A stretch of 64,000 nucleotides of DNA from an uncultured cyanobacterium (GTDB lineage: Bacteria; Cyanobacteriota; Cyanobacteriia; Cyanobacteriales; CAWCAG01), in contig CAWDOD010000003.1 of NCBI GenBank assembly GCA_963803805.1, positions 1-64,000 on the forward strand, given 5' to 3'. The position numbers and the translations under genes were made by a program. This document shows positions 29,734 to 40,141 of the stretch, piece after piece; within the stretch, counting starts at the first letter, position 1; each line of letters starts with the position of its first letter. The notes under the pieces are model-generated. The model worked only from the letters and a program-made list of their open reading frames with translations, was not told the origin of the DNA and did not search any database.

Positions 29734-30387
29734 ATGCCAAGTAAAACATTTTTAAATCTGCCAAAAGACAAACGAGAATCCTTTATTCAAATTTCTTTGA
29801 AAGAGTTCTCTGATAATAATTTCGAAACGGCAAGTGTAAATAGAATCATAAAAGAACTTGATATTTCACGTGGAAGCGTGTATCAATACTTCACAGATAA
29901 ACTAGATCTTTGGCTGTATTTAAAAGAATATGCTGAAAAAACTAAAATGGAGAATGTTCAATCTGTTAACAGAGAAGACTTCGACACCTTTTGGGATTAT
30001 TTTCGCGAATTATATATCAAAGGAGCTGATTTTGACCTTTTAAACCCTCTTTGCAGCAAATTTCTTTATAAAATATATTATAAAGAAACCAGTAAAGAAG
30101 TAGATAAATACAGTAACAATTGGAAGGTTCAAGCAGACGAACAATTTCGACAATGGGTTCAATTTGAGCAGTCAAATGGAAGTTTCAATAAAGACATATC
30201 ACTTGATATGATCGTCCATTTTATGGTTACAATTAGCACAAGTTTAGTGGAGTTATTGCAAAACAAATTCTTAGTTGATTTTGATCAGAACTTAGAAAAT
30301 AACAAGAGTTTGTTATCAGATAATATTTTAGCTTATTCCAAAGCCGTTGACGAAATTATCTCTCTCCTTTCAAAAGCATTAAAATAA
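29734..30387 (+). CDS. Cassette 19: TetR family regulator
   Basis: N-terminal HTH ASVNRIIKELDISRGSVYQYF. Confidence 0.88.
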   Translation: MPSKTFLNLPKDKRESFIQISLKEFSDNNFETASVNRIIKELDISRGSVYQYFTDKLDLWLYLKEYAEKTKMENVQSVNREDFDTFWDYFRELYIKGADFDLLNPLCSKFLYKIYYKETSKEVDKYSNNWKVQADEQFRQWVQFEQSNGSFNKDISLDMIVHFMVTISTSLVELLQNKFLVDFDQNLENNKSLLSDNILAYSKAVDEIISLLSKALK

Positions 30388-30392
30388 AGAAA

Positions 30393-31238
30393 ATGATACA
30401 CGTAAATGATTTAAAATTCTGTTACACCCCAGAAGGAACAGAAACAATAAAGGGAATTACCTTTACGATAGGAAAAGGACAAATATTTGGACTTTTAGGA
30501 CCTAGTGGTTCTGGAAAATCGACCACACAAAAAATTTTATACAAACTTCTTTCAGGATATGAAGGAAGTGCAAAAATTAAAAATAAAGAAGTTTCTGAAT
30601 GGGGAAAAGAGCTATACGAACAAATTGGTGTCGGGTTTGAATTGCCAAACCACTATTTGAAATTATCTGCCATAGAAAACCTGAAGTTTTTCCAATCATT
30701 TTATGGAAAAAATCATGATCCAATGGAACTGCTCAAAATGGTTGGGCTGGAGAAGGATGCTGACAAAAAGGTGAGTGAATTTTCTAAAGGAATGAAAATG
30801 CGATTAAATTTTGTAAGAGCTTTCGCTCACGATCCGGAAGTCCTTTTTTTAGATGAGCCCACTTCTGGACTAGACCCGACTAATAGCAGAATCATTAAAG
30901 ACATTATTTTAAGTTTAAAAAAGGAAGGCAAAACAATTTTAATTACAACCCACCACATGGAAGACGCAGAAGAACTTTGCGATCAAGTTGCCTTTCTGGC
31001 AGATGGTGAAATTAAAACCTTAGATTCTCCTCAAAACTTGAAATTAGAACACGGAAAAAATACAGTAGAAGTATTAATGCAAGCGAATGCTGAGCCAGTT
31101 ACATTTGATTTAAAAACATTGAAAGATAATAGTGAGTTCTTAGATTTAATAAAGACTGGAGAGATAAAAACAATTCATTCAAAAGAGGCAAATCTAAACG
31201 ATATTTTCATTGAAGTAACGGGTCAAAAATTAAAGTAA
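30393..31238 (+). CDS. Cassette 19: ABC exporter ATP-binding protein
   Basis: GPSGSGKST, FSKGMK and LDEPTSGLDP motifs. Confidence 0.9.
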   Translation: MIHVNDLKFCYTPEGTETIKGITFTIGKGQIFGLLGPSGSGKSTTQKILYKLLSGYEGSAKIKNKEVSEWGKELYEQIGVGFELPNHYLKLSAIENLKFFQSFYGKNHDPMELLKMVGLEKDADKKVSEFSKGMKMRLNFVRAFAHDPEVLFLDEPTSGLDPTNSRIIKDIILSLKKEGKTILITTHHMEDAEELCDQVAFLADGEIKTLDSPQNLKLEHGKNTVEVLMQANAEPVTFDLKTLKDNSEFLDLIKTGEIKTIHSKEANLNDIFIEVTGQKLK

Positions 31239-31930
31239 TGAAACAGCTATTGAGATTAATTAAACACGATTTTCTAATCCTAAATCGAAACCGCATAATC
31301 ACTTTATCGCTTCTTGTTTCGGCACTTTACATTGGAGCGTTTCTGGCATTATCTGGCTTTGATCAAATCGAAAAGTTACTTATTCTAGTCATTTATAACG
31401 ACCCTGCGCTATTGGGAGTTTTATTCACTGGAGTTTTAGTCCTTTTTGAGAAGAACGAGAACACACTCCAAGCTATTTCGGTTAGTCCAATCAAGGTCTC
31501 AAACTATATCTTATCAAAGTCTATTGCATTAACCGTTGTTGCATTACTATGCAGTTACTTAATGGCATTTTCGGGGCATGGCTTTCATTTTAATTACCTC
31601 CATTTTGGCTTGGGAGTTGCATTAAGCACCATGACTTTTTCTTTTATCGGATTTTCTATCGTTGCTACACAAGACACATTCAATAAATATATGATTGTAG
31701 CCGTTGGAGTTATAGTGCTATTTTTGCTCCCCTTTATAGGTTTTTTTAACCTAACTTCTGATGCACTATTTTGGATTTTCCCCACTCAACCTGGCATAAA
31801 AATACTGTCAGCTTCTTTTGGACAGTTAGACACTTTGGAAATTATAATCTCTTATGCATTAGCAATAATATGGTGCACTCTATTTTATAAACTTGCAGTA
31901 AAAAGAATCACTCAAAAACTAAAATCATAA
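31238..31930 (+). CDS. Cassette 19: ABC-2 type permease (fluoroquinolone-exporter-like)
   Basis: Six TM segments and EKNENTLQAISVSP; translationally coupled to the ATPase. Confidence 0.8.
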   Translation: MKQLLRLIKHDFLILNRNRIITLSLLVSALYIGAFLALSGFDQIEKLLILVIYNDPALLGVLFTGVLVLFEKNENTLQAISVSPIKVSNYILSKSIALTVVALLCSYLMAFSGHGFHFNYLHFGLGVALSTMTFSFIGFSIVATQDTFNKYMIVAVGVIVLFLLPFIGFFNLTSDALFWIFPTQPGIKILSASFGQLDTLEIIISYALAIIWCTLFYKLAVKRITQKLKS

Positions 31931-32646
31931 TGAAAAAACTAGCGAAACTCATAGAAAGTGATTTAAAACTAATTTACAGAGATAAAACATTATCGAGCTT
32001 TTTAATATTACCAATAATCTTAATTTTTGTATTCAAATTTCTCACCCCCTTACTCATTGAAAAAATTCCAATACTTGAAGATTACCGAACTTTGATAGCC
32101 ATGTTTGCCAGTATTCAAACAGCCATAATGTTTGGTTTTGTTACCTCTTTCCTCATATTAGATGAAAAGGATGAAAATGTGATGCAAGTGATTCGTGTAT
32201 TGCCCATATCCAGTTCGTATTTTATTCTATACAGATTATTGTTTGCGACTGTTTTCTCTTCAACTGCAGCATTTTTCATGATTACCTATACTGGAATTGC
32301 TAATCCGGGAATATTTAATGCACTATTACTTTCAATACTTTATGGTTTAACGGCACCCACAATTTCATTAATCATTGCGACTTATGCTAAAAACAAAGTA
32401 GAAGGAATGGCCTATTTTAAAGGTGTTGACTTATTATTAATGTTACCGCTAGCCAGCTTTTTTGTAGGGTCTAGCATCTCTCTTGTCTTTTCAATATTAC
32501 CAACGTATTGGACATTTAAGTTCTATGATCATTCATTTAATGGAGAACCCTCACTCAATTATTTTATTATTGGTGCGCTCTTTTTTATCTCTCTTATTTC
32601 AATACTAATTATTCAATTTAAAAAGCGAGTTTTTGGTCGGTCGTGA
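31930..32646 (+). CDS. Cassette 19: second ABC-2 type permease
   Basis: DEKDENVMQVIRVLP and AKNKVEGMA motifs. Confidence 0.8.
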   Translation: MKKLAKLIESDLKLIYRDKTLSSFLILPIILIFVFKFLTPLLIEKIPILEDYRTLIAMFASIQTAIMFGFVTSFLILDEKDENVMQVIRVLPISSSYFILYRLLFATVFSSTAAFFMITYTGIANPGIFNALLLSILYGLTAPTISLIIATYAKNKVEGMAYFKGVDLLLMLPLASFFVGSSISLVFSILPTYWTFKFYDHSFNGEPSLNYFIIGALFFISLISILIIQFKKRVFGRS

Positions 32647-32677
32647 TTCTCATAATAATTTATTGGTTATTAAAACA

Positions 32678-32750
32678 GGCGCTAACAACGTGTAAATTTC
32701 ATAGCTGTTTCGTACCTTACAGCAACGTAAATTTACACTAAACGTTGTGG
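32678..32750 (+). repeat. attC-like site 19
   Basis: GGCGCTAAC-aac-GTGTAAATTT...AAATTTACAC-taaac-GTT. Confidence 0.85.
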
Positions 32751-33350
32751 CTAATACGAAACAAAATCATCGTATACCTTAAGTCCCTTTTGACTCAAAT
32801 AATTTTTTAATAACTGATTAACAGTTTTACAATATTCTGTTTTATTGTACTGAGAGGTAGGCAACAATTGGAAATAGGATGAACGAATACTGCCGCTCAA
32901 AAACATAAGATACATGAAGTCATCCTCAATAAGTGAATCAATTAAAAACCCTTCAGCATAAAGTTTTTTTAACAGTTTCAGCCAAATCTGCTTTCTCTCG
33001 TCTTGTGACATGACCATTTTTGAGTAAACCCTCGGAAAATTTCGTTTAATCTCGACAAAATCTACTGTAAAAAATAGGTACTTGAGGCTAATATCATAAC
33101 TCATTAGAGGTAATGTCAAAAAGTATGTTAGTAAATTTTCATAAGCTGCAGGCGACTGTAAATCGGTTAATTCAACATTCATTTCTTTATAGATTTCCAA
33201 CACTAAATCTTCCTTAGTAGGATAATGGTAGGTTAAATTACCATAGCTTCTTTTCAACTCCTTACCAACATCACGAAGGCTTACATTGGTGACTCCGCTT
33301 TGATTGAAAAGTATTCTACTTTTCTCTTTTATCATTTTTTTTGTACTCAT
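32751..33350 (-). CDS. Cassette 20: TetR family regulator (antisense to the array)
   Basis: VSLRDVGKELKRSYGNLTYHY HTH; the stop codon overlaps the GTTGTGGCTA core. Confidence 0.85.
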   Translation of the reverse strand: MSTKKMIKEKSRILFNQSGVTNVSLRDVGKELKRSYGNLTYHYPTKEDLVLEIYKEMNVELTDLQSPAAYENLLTYFLTLPLMSYDISLKYLFFTVDFVEIKRNFPRVYSKMVMSQDERKQIWLKLLKKLYAEGFLIDSLIEDDFMYLMFLSGSIRSSYFQLLPTSQYNKTEYCKTVNQLLKNYLSQKGLKVYDDFVSY

Positions 33351-33386
33351 ATTGCAAATTTAGTCCAAATGACCTAAATTTGCAAT
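33351..33386. promoter_or_regulatory. Divergent promoter/operator palindrome
   Basis: ATTGCAAATTTAG-10 nt-CTAAATTTGCAAT; each arm contains TAAATTTG (Bacteroidota -7 element) on opposite strands. Confidence 0.7.
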
Positions 33387-33405
33387 TAAATTATAATTCA
33401 ATTGA

Positions 33406-34269
33406 ATGAAAAGCATATATAAAACACCCAAGGATAAGGAAAGTGTACTTGCACTTTACGATCAAAAATTGAAAAGCCTTAATTTTCCTTTTATAGAAAA
33501 AGATGTTGAAACAGCTTTCGGTAGGACAAGAGTGCTAATCTCAGGTAATGAGAAGGGTAAAAAAATTGTACTTTTTCATGGAATACATGCTGGCTCGCCA
33601 CTTAGCCTTGAAAGCATCAAGAATCTGCAGAAATTCTATGAAATTTATGCGATAGATACGATTGGTCAGGCCACGAAAAGTGCAGAAACTACCATTAATA
33701 TAAAAGATAATTCTTTTGCGCTATGGGCAGATGAAGTTTTAATCAAGTTGTCGATTGCACAGGCAGATTTTATAGGTGTCTCTTATGGTTCTTATATCCT
33801 TCAAAAATTAATTACACATCGACCGCAAAAAGTTGGAAAATGCATTTTTATAGTTCCAAGTGGTTTAGCCAACGGGGAACTATGGACATCTTTTAAAAAC
33901 CTTTCATTACCATTAATAAGATTTCAAATCACTAAGAAGGATGAAGACTTGAGAAAATTTGTTCGTCACTTTATACCAAATGATGATGATTATATGTTCG
34001 CTTTTCAACGAGCCATTTTAACAGGGCTTCACATGGACTATAGAAGACCTCAAATTCTACAAAAAAAAGATGTTGAACATTTTACTAACCCTGTATATAT
34101 TATAGCTGCAGATGATGATATATTCTTCCCTGCAGACAAATCAATTGCAAGAGCTAAAAAAGTGTTTAATAATTTGAAAGAAGTACATCTTTTAAAAAAC
34201 TGTAAACATATGCCTGATAAATCTCATTTTATAGAAATTGAGGATAAATTAAAAAAATGGATAAATTAA
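33406..34269 (+). CDS. Cassette 20: alpha/beta hydrolase
   Basis: GVSYG nucleophile elbow, plus HG and CKH motifs. Confidence 0.85.
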   Translation: MKSIYKTPKDKESVLALYDQKLKSLNFPFIEKDVETAFGRTRVLISGNEKGKKIVLFHGIHAGSPLSLESIKNLQKFYEIYAIDTIGQATKSAETTINIKDNSFALWADEVLIKLSIAQADFIGVSYGSYILQKLITHRPQKVGKCIFIVPSGLANGELWTSFKNLSLPLIRFQITKKDEDLRKFVRHFIPNDDDYMFAFQRAILTGLHMDYRRPQILQKKDVEHFTNPVYIIAADDDIFFPADKSIARAKKVFNNLKEVHLLKNCKHMPDKSHFIEIEDKLKKWIN

Positions 34270-34279
34270 GAAGTATAAA

Positions 34280-34798
34280 ATGATTCTAGAAACCAAACGC
34301 TTAAAAATTATTCAGTGTGATGTAGAGATTTTAGAAGAAGCTGTAAAAGGCAATTCCAATATTGCTACTAAATTGGATGTGAAAGTGCCAGTGAATTGGA
34401 CAGAATTTGGCAAAGAAGCCTTAGAATATGTGATTAATAAGTTGGATGAGGATCCCTCTGAAAGAGGATGGTGGACGTATTTACCAATACACAAATCTGA
34501 AAACAAATTAATAGGAAGTGGAGGATATAAAGGCAAGCCAACACAAGGAGATGAAATAGAAATTGGCTACGAAATTGCTCCAGAATATAGAAATCAAGGC
34601 TTTGCCACAGAATTCACTATAGCATTAATTGAAAATGCTTTTAAAGATAACTGCGTAAAGCTAATCTCTGCGCATACGCTAGGAGAATTTAATCCATCTA
34701 CAAAAGTGTTAATGAAATGTGGATTTGAAAAAGTTGCCGAACTAAATGATCCAGATGAAGGAACCATTTGGAAATGGGAGTTAAAAAAAATACATTAA
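34280..34798 (+). CDS. Cassette 20: RimJ/RimL-type GNAT acetyltransferase
   Basis: EIGYEIAPEYRNQGFATE motif. Confidence 0.85.
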   Translation: MILETKRLKIIQCDVEILEEAVKGNSNIATKLDVKVPVNWTEFGKEALEYVINKLDEDPSERGWWTYLPIHKSENKLIGSGGYKGKPTQGDEIEIGYEIAPEYRNQGFATEFTIALIENAFKDNCVKLISAHTLGEFNPSTKVLMKCGFEKVAELNDPDEGTIWKWELKKIH

Positions 34799-34801
34799 AT
34801 T

Positions 34802-34969
34802 ATGAACACTAAATCCAATTATTTTTTACTTGCAGGGCTTATATTAATTTTCTTTCTCGTAGTTCAATATACAGATATCTATGGGAATTCTACTTGGTTT
34901 AAAGCGTTTTTATTAATATTAGTTATCTCACTTATTGGAGGTGGGATATCACATAAGCCAAAAAGTTGA
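34802..34969 (+). CDS. Cassette 20: small two-TM protein (55 aa)
   Basis: MNTKSNYFLLAGLILIFFLVVQ...FKAFLLILVISLIGGG; fills the operon gap and is absent from the supplied ORF track. Confidence 0.5.
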   Translation: MNTKSNYFLLAGLILIFFLVVQYTDIYGNSTWFKAFLLILVISLIGGGISHKPKS

Positions 34970-34993
34970 AATGAATTCTAAAATGAAGAACTT

Positions 34994-35521
34994 GTGATAA
35001 AAACAAAAAGAACCTTAATAAGACCTATCAATCAAGAAGACGCAAACGCAGTTTTTAATTATAGATCTGATTCTAAAACAAACCAATTTCAGGGTTGGAT
35101 TCCAAAGACTTTAGAAGATGTAAACGAAATTATACTTAAAAACCCTGCTGAGTTTAATGTTCCTGAAACTTGGTTTCAACTTGTAATTATTGAAACTAAT
35201 TCTGATAAAATAATTGGAGATATTGGCATTCACTTTTCTGATGAAAGAAATTTACAATGTGAAATTGGATGTACTTTGAATAAAGCGTATCAAAAAAAGG
35301 GATTTGCGTCAGAAACACTTCAAGCTGTGATAGATCATTTGTTCACAAAATTAGAGAAGCATAGGATTTTCGCTTCATTAGATCCTAAAAATGAAAATTC
35401 TGTTAACCTATTAGAAAGGCTTGGATTTAGAAAGGAAGCACACTTCAAACAAAGTTTGTGGTTTAGAGGAAAATGGGTTGATGATATGGTATTTGCCATA
35501 TTAAAAATCGAATGGAAATAA
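34994..35521 (+). CDS. Cassette 20: RimJ/RimL-type GNAT acetyltransferase
   Basis: IIGDIG, YQKKGFASE and LLERLGFRKEAHF motifs. Confidence 0.85.
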   Translation: MIKTKRTLIRPINQEDANAVFNYRSDSKTNQFQGWIPKTLEDVNEIILKNPAEFNVPETWFQLVIIETNSDKIIGDIGIHFSDERNLQCEIGCTLNKAYQKKGFASETLQAVIDHLFTKLEKHRIFASLDPKNENSVNLLERLGFRKEAHFKQSLWFRGKWVDDMVFAILKIEWK

Positions 35522-35528
35522 AAAGTAC

Positions 35529-35661
35529 TAGCCACAACATTGGCTAAGAAAACATAGGGCAGTAATTACTTTCAGAAAGGTTAGTTCATTTAGCAAGCTT
35601 TAGTTTCGGTGGATAAATAATCACTCCGAAAGCCCAACGTTTCTTAGCCTAAAGGTTGGCA
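35529..35661 (+). repeat. attC-like site 20 (family C)
   Basis: TAGCCACAAC-att-GGCTAAGAAAACATAGGGC...GCCCAACGTTTCTTAGCC-taaag-GTT. Confidence 0.85.
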
Positions 35662-35667
35662 ATAATT

Positions 35668-36924
35668 ATGAAGAAAATGACGAATAAAGTATTCTACCTT
35701 ACAATTTTCATATTGAGTTTTCTTTCTTGCAAAACAGAAATGAAACCTAAAACTGAGATTCTTGAAAGCGAAAAAGCTGAAAAAATTGATATTCTCGCAA
35801 ACCGCTATCTTGATTTAGGTCGTTTCAGTGGAGTTGTTTTGGTAACCAAAGGCGATACAATTCTTTACGAAAATAGTTTTGGTTTAGCGGATTATGAAAA
35901 CAATAGATCCTTTTCTAATAAAACCACTTTTAAAATTGGGGAAATTTCCGAAATAGTTACTGCGAATATTGTTAAAGAAATGGCTAAAAAGGAGAAATTC
36001 AAATTAACAGACAAAATTTCGAATTACATTCCAGAATTCAAATCAGACTTCACAATTAATGATTTGCTAAATCATAAAACTAATTTACCAAGCTTGCAAA
36101 CTATTCAAGAACAAAATCCAGAGCTGGAATATTCAACTATCGATTATGCGAACTTAGCACTTCAATCATCTGAAAAAACTAAACGAAGTGATTTAAACTA
36201 TAATATTTTGGGATTGCTGATAGAAAAAATAAGCGGTAAAACCTTTCAAGAAAATATAGAAAATTATAGCAAGGAATTGAGTTTAGAAAACACATATTTT
36301 CAAAAAACTGATTCATCCTTGGCAGTTGGCTATCTATATCATAACCATCAAGGCAATGGACTTGAATTACAAAAAGCACCTGTTTCTAATGATGATATTA
36401 CATTTAGTAGCAAAGGAATAAAATCAACAGCAAATGATTTGGCAAAAATCATAAGTTCAAATTTCTCGGATAAATTAGAAATTGATGGCTATTATGACGG
36501 TTTTAGTTATTCGGTAGTTAATAATTCACAGACCCAAATTGCAATTGTTGTTCTATCAAATCGCAGACATCCAGTTGCAAAGGAAATTTCAAATAGTATT
36601 GAATCGATACTTGAAAATAAAGAATACTCACTTCCTTTGGCAAGAGAACAAATTGGCATTGACAAAAATTTGTTAAAGGATTATTCGGGATTCTATTCTC
36701 TAAACGAAAATATGAATTTAGAAGTCATCAATGAAAATGATAGTCTATTTGTAATGATGGGGCCAAATAAAATACATTTATTGCCTCAATCGGAAAACCA
36801 ATTTTATATGAAACAAACAGATGGGGCTATGCGGTTTTTGAGAGATACAGATAATAAGGTAAAGGAAGTTGAATTATTAGATGGATTTTTAGAAGGCAAT
36901 AAAATTAAACGCGTGGAAAAATAA
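35668..36924 (+). CDS. Cassette 21: serine hydrolase (beta-lactamase-like) lipoprotein, probably non-catalytic
   Basis: FSGVVLV, DLLNHKT and YNILGLLIEK motifs; SxxK appears replaced by GEISE. Confidence 0.7.
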   Translation: MKKMTNKVFYLTIFILSFLSCKTEMKPKTEILESEKAEKIDILANRYLDLGRFSGVVLVTKGDTILYENSFGLADYENNRSFSNKTTFKIGEISEIVTANIVKEMAKKEKFKLTDKISNYIPEFKSDFTINDLLNHKTNLPSLQTIQEQNPELEYSTIDYANLALQSSEKTKRSDLNYNILGLLIEKISGKTFQENIENYSKELSLENTYFQKTDSSLAVGYLYHNHQGNGLELQKAPVSNDDITFSSKGIKSTANDLAKIISSNFSDKLEIDGYYDGFSYSVVNNSQTQIAIVVLSNRRHPVAKEISNSIESILENKEYSLPLAREQIGIDKNLLKDYSGFYSLNENMNLEVINENDSLFVMMGPNKIHLLPQSENQFYMKQTDGAMRFLRDTDNKVKEVELLDGFLEGNKIKRVEK

Positions 36925-36925
36925 C

Positions 36926-37059
36926 TATTGCCAACAACGGCTATAAGCAATTGGGGTTTAGGTGCTTAACCTAAAATTAAAATATAAAACAAAGGTCTGT
37001 GCTAAACTGAAAAGTAAGAGCAAAAAATCCCCAACTGCTCATAGCCACGACCGTTAGCG
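36926..37059 (+). repeat. attC-like site 21
   Basis: TATTGCCAAC-aac-GGCTATAAGCAATTGGGG...CCCCAACTGCTCATAGCC-acgacc-GTT. Confidence 0.85.
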
Positions 37060-37086
37060 GTCAGCTAAAAAACATTACGGTAAACA

Positions 37087-38077
37087 ATGAAAGTAGAAGA
37101 CATAAAATCATTTGACGGACAACATTGCGAGACAACAGCGACAGGAACATTGTTGCGACAACTCGACATTGAACTTTCCGAACCAATGCTTTTTGGTTTA
37201 GGTGAAGGACTTGGGTTCATCTTTTGGAATATGAAGACAATGGACTTTCCATTTATTGGTGGACGAGTAAAAACCGACCTTGTAACACAAAATATCGCAA
37301 GAAATCTGAACCTTGAATTGACCGTTAAGGAAACTTCATCAGTAAAAAAGGCTTGGGACAGCGTAAAAAAACTAATTAACAATGGAAAAGTAGTCGGTTT
37401 AAAATTGGACTGTTACCATTTGCAATATTTTTCTCGACCATTTCATTTTGCAGGACATTATGTTGCAATTTACAACTATGACAACGAAAATGCTTTTTTG
37501 GTGGACACCAAACAGCAAGGCGGACAAGTAAAAACAAGTTTGAAAAGTTTGGAGTTGGCAAGAGCAGAAAAAGGACCAATGTCCTCTAAAAATTTGTTTT
37601 ACACAATTAACAAGACTGACAAAGACTTTGCCCTGAAAGAAGCGATTATTACAGCAATAAGAAATAACGCAACTGATTATTTAAATCCACCAATTACAAA
37701 TATTGGTTATAAAGGGATTTTAAAAACAAGCAAAGAAATAATCAAGTGGTTTAATACCAGTAAAGACATTGAAAACGAATTTAGCGCTTCTGCAATGATT
37801 ATGGAAAAAGCAGGAACAGGCGGAGCGCTATAGAAACTTGTACAGAGACTTTTTAAAAGAAAGTTGCGACTTGCTTAAACTTGACGAACTAAAATCAGGA
37901 CACAAAGCATTTATTGAAATTGCTACACTTTGGACTACAGTTGCAGAACTCTTTGAGAAGGTGAGTAAAACGAATGACTTTAAGTATGTTCAACAAGCAG
38001 CAGACATTTTAAAAACAATATCTGACAAAGAAAAAAAGGCAATGGAAATGTTGAGTAAAATAAAGCCGAACCGCTAA
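37087..38077 (+). pseudogene. Cassette 22: BtrH-N/DUF4872-like protein, frameshifted near 37831
   Basis: GQHCETTATG, LSEPMLFGLGEGLGF and HFAGHYV motifs; continuation ORF 37838-38077. Confidence 0.7.
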
Positions 38078-38201
38078 CAATGTGTATAAAAATAGGCGAA
38101 ACAGTAATAAATTCAAGGCTTATGGCTCGTATCAAAGTTTGTGCTTCACCGAAAGTTTAGTGCTTCAAAATCGCCTACTTTTCATATATTAAACGTTGTG
38201 G
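38070..38201 (+). repeat. attC-like site 22 (family A)
   Basis: ACCGCTAAC...TCGCCTACTTTTCATATAT-taaac-GTT. Confidence 0.85.
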
Positions 38202-38240
38202 CTAATACAAAACAGACATTCAACTAAAGAGACAGACTTT

Positions 38241-38786
38241 ATGAAAAAGATAATTTATTATGTAGCGAGTTCATTAGATGGATATATCGCAGGAGAAAAT
38301 GACGATATAAGCAAGTTTATTTTGCAGGGCAAAGGAGTTGAAAAATATCAATCCGATCTTGCAAACTTCGGAACAGTTATTATGGGGCGAAAAACTTATG
38401 AATTTGGTTTTCAATATGGACTTGAACCAGGACAACCTGCCTACCCGAATATGGAACATCACATTTTTTCCAATTCACTAAAAATCGATAACCTATCTGA
38501 ATCTGTGAAAATTGAAAAACTTAGCATTGAAAAAGTGAATAATATCCGACAAAATGCTAAGACAGACATTTATTTATGTGGTGGCGGCCAGTTAGCAGGT
38601 TGGCTATTAGAGAACGGACTGATTGACCAATTAAAACTTAAATTAAACCCAATAGTACTCGGAAAAGGAACGAAATTATTTGGTTTTTCAACTGCAAATG
38701 AAAATTGGGAACTAACTGAGACAGAATCCTTTTCAGATGGACTTCTAATATTGACTTACGACAAGAAAAAAATAAATAGTTACTAG
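38241..38786 (+). CDS. Cassette 23: dihydrofolate reductase/RibD C-terminal domain protein
   Basis: ASSLDGYIA, MGRKTYE, CGGGQLA and PIVLGKG motifs. Confidence 0.85.
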   Translation: MKKIIYYVASSLDGYIAGENDDISKFILQGKGVEKYQSDLANFGTVIMGRKTYEFGFQYGLEPGQPAYPNMEHHIFSNSLKIDNLSESVKIEKLSIEKVNNIRQNAKTDIYLCGGGQLAGWLLENGLIDQLKLKLNPIVLGKGTKLFGFSTANENWELTETESFSDGLLILTYDKKKINSY

Positions 38787-38916
38787 CCACAACAATGGCT
38801 AAGAAAACATAGGGCAGATAAGGCTTTCAGAAAGGTTCGTGCACTTAACAAACTTCAGTTTCGGTGGACAGTAAAATCGCTTCGAAAGCCCTACGTTCCT
38901 TAGCCAAGCGTTAGCG
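38784..38916 (+). repeat. attC-like site 23 (family C)
   Basis: TAGCCACAAC-aat-GGCTAAGAAAACATAGGGC...GCCCTACGTTCCTTAGCC-aagc-GTT. Confidence 0.85.
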
Positions 38917-38930
38917 GCAATGATATTACC

Positions 38931-40021
38931 ATGAATAAAGCCAATTTTCTACTACTAATAATTGCAATTCTTTTTGGCCATACGTCAAAAGCACAGGAGA
39001 GATATTTAAAATTGGATTCCCTTCTAACCACTCGATATCAAAATCAAGAATTTTCAGGTGTTGTGATTGTTGCTGAAGGAGATGAAATTACCTATGCAAA
39101 TGCACTTGGATATGCAGATTATGAACAAAGAATTCCATTGAACCTTTCTACCCAGTTTGATCTATCATCCGGATCAAAACTTTTCACAGCCGTTGCAATA
39201 GCTCAACTGGTCGAACAAAATAAATTATCTTTTCATACAAAAGTCTCGGAATTTTTCCCGAACTATCTTTTGCTTCCAAGGTGGATGTACATCAGTTAAT
39301 GACCCATTCTTCTGGACTGGGAAACTTTCAAACGGTCAAAGGCTTCAGTTATCAAAATATTAATTCATGTATTGACGCCTTGCCATTTATAAAAGACGAA
39401 CTATTACTCTACGAACCAGGCGACAGTGCATATTATGCTACTTCCAACCTGCTGGTACTGGGGGCAATGGTTGAAAAAATCTCAGGACTTCCTTTTCCAG
39501 AATATGTCAAGAAAAACATCTCGGAAAAACTCGGTCTTGACAGAACAACCTTTGATACATACTTCTACATTCAGGATTATGCAGGACGCGATGGGCGATT
39601 TGCTAAGGGATATATTAAAAATGAAGAGGGGCAAATAGTCGAAAAGAACAGATACGAAAATGAAAGGACTCACTTAACTCTATCAGCCGGTGGAATGTGG
39701 GCGAGTGCCGCAGATTTGTTCAAATTTGACAGAGCTATCTTTTCAGGTAACTTATTTAATAAAGAACTCCTTAAACCGATGACTGCCCATCATGTTTTTA
39801 CCGGATGGGAAGGCACTTATTTCGGCTATGTTTTTAATATCATCAATGTGAAGACGCACAAGGAGGGTGTTGGTCATGCAGGAAATAGTTCGGGGCATCA
39901 CAGCTTTAACTTTCACTATGAAAACAAGGATACAACACTAATTATTTTGACCAACTATGGATTCATTGACATTTTTGAATTAGCACATAGCCAAATTGAA
40001 CCCATACTATTTGACGAATAA
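38931..40021 (+). pseudogene. Cassette 24: serine hydrolase (beta-lactamase/PBP-like), split by a frameshift near 39280
   Basis: SGSK (SxxK) in the first ORF; LMTHSSG and GHAG in the second. Confidence 0.75.
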
Positions 40022-40022
40022 A

Positions 40023-40141
40023 GCCGCTAACAAACGATATAGCATATGCCTCTATGAAGTTACTTGAAACTGTTCTGCAAAACCGCTAGATTGTAGATGT
40101 TAAAATAGTTCAGAGGCACATACCATATCTGGTCATTAGAG
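40023..40141 (+). repeat. attC-like site 24 (ATT instead of GTT core)
   Basis: GCCGCTAAC-aaac-GATATAGCATATGCCTCT...AGAGGCACATACCATATC-tggtc-ATT. Confidence 0.78.
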
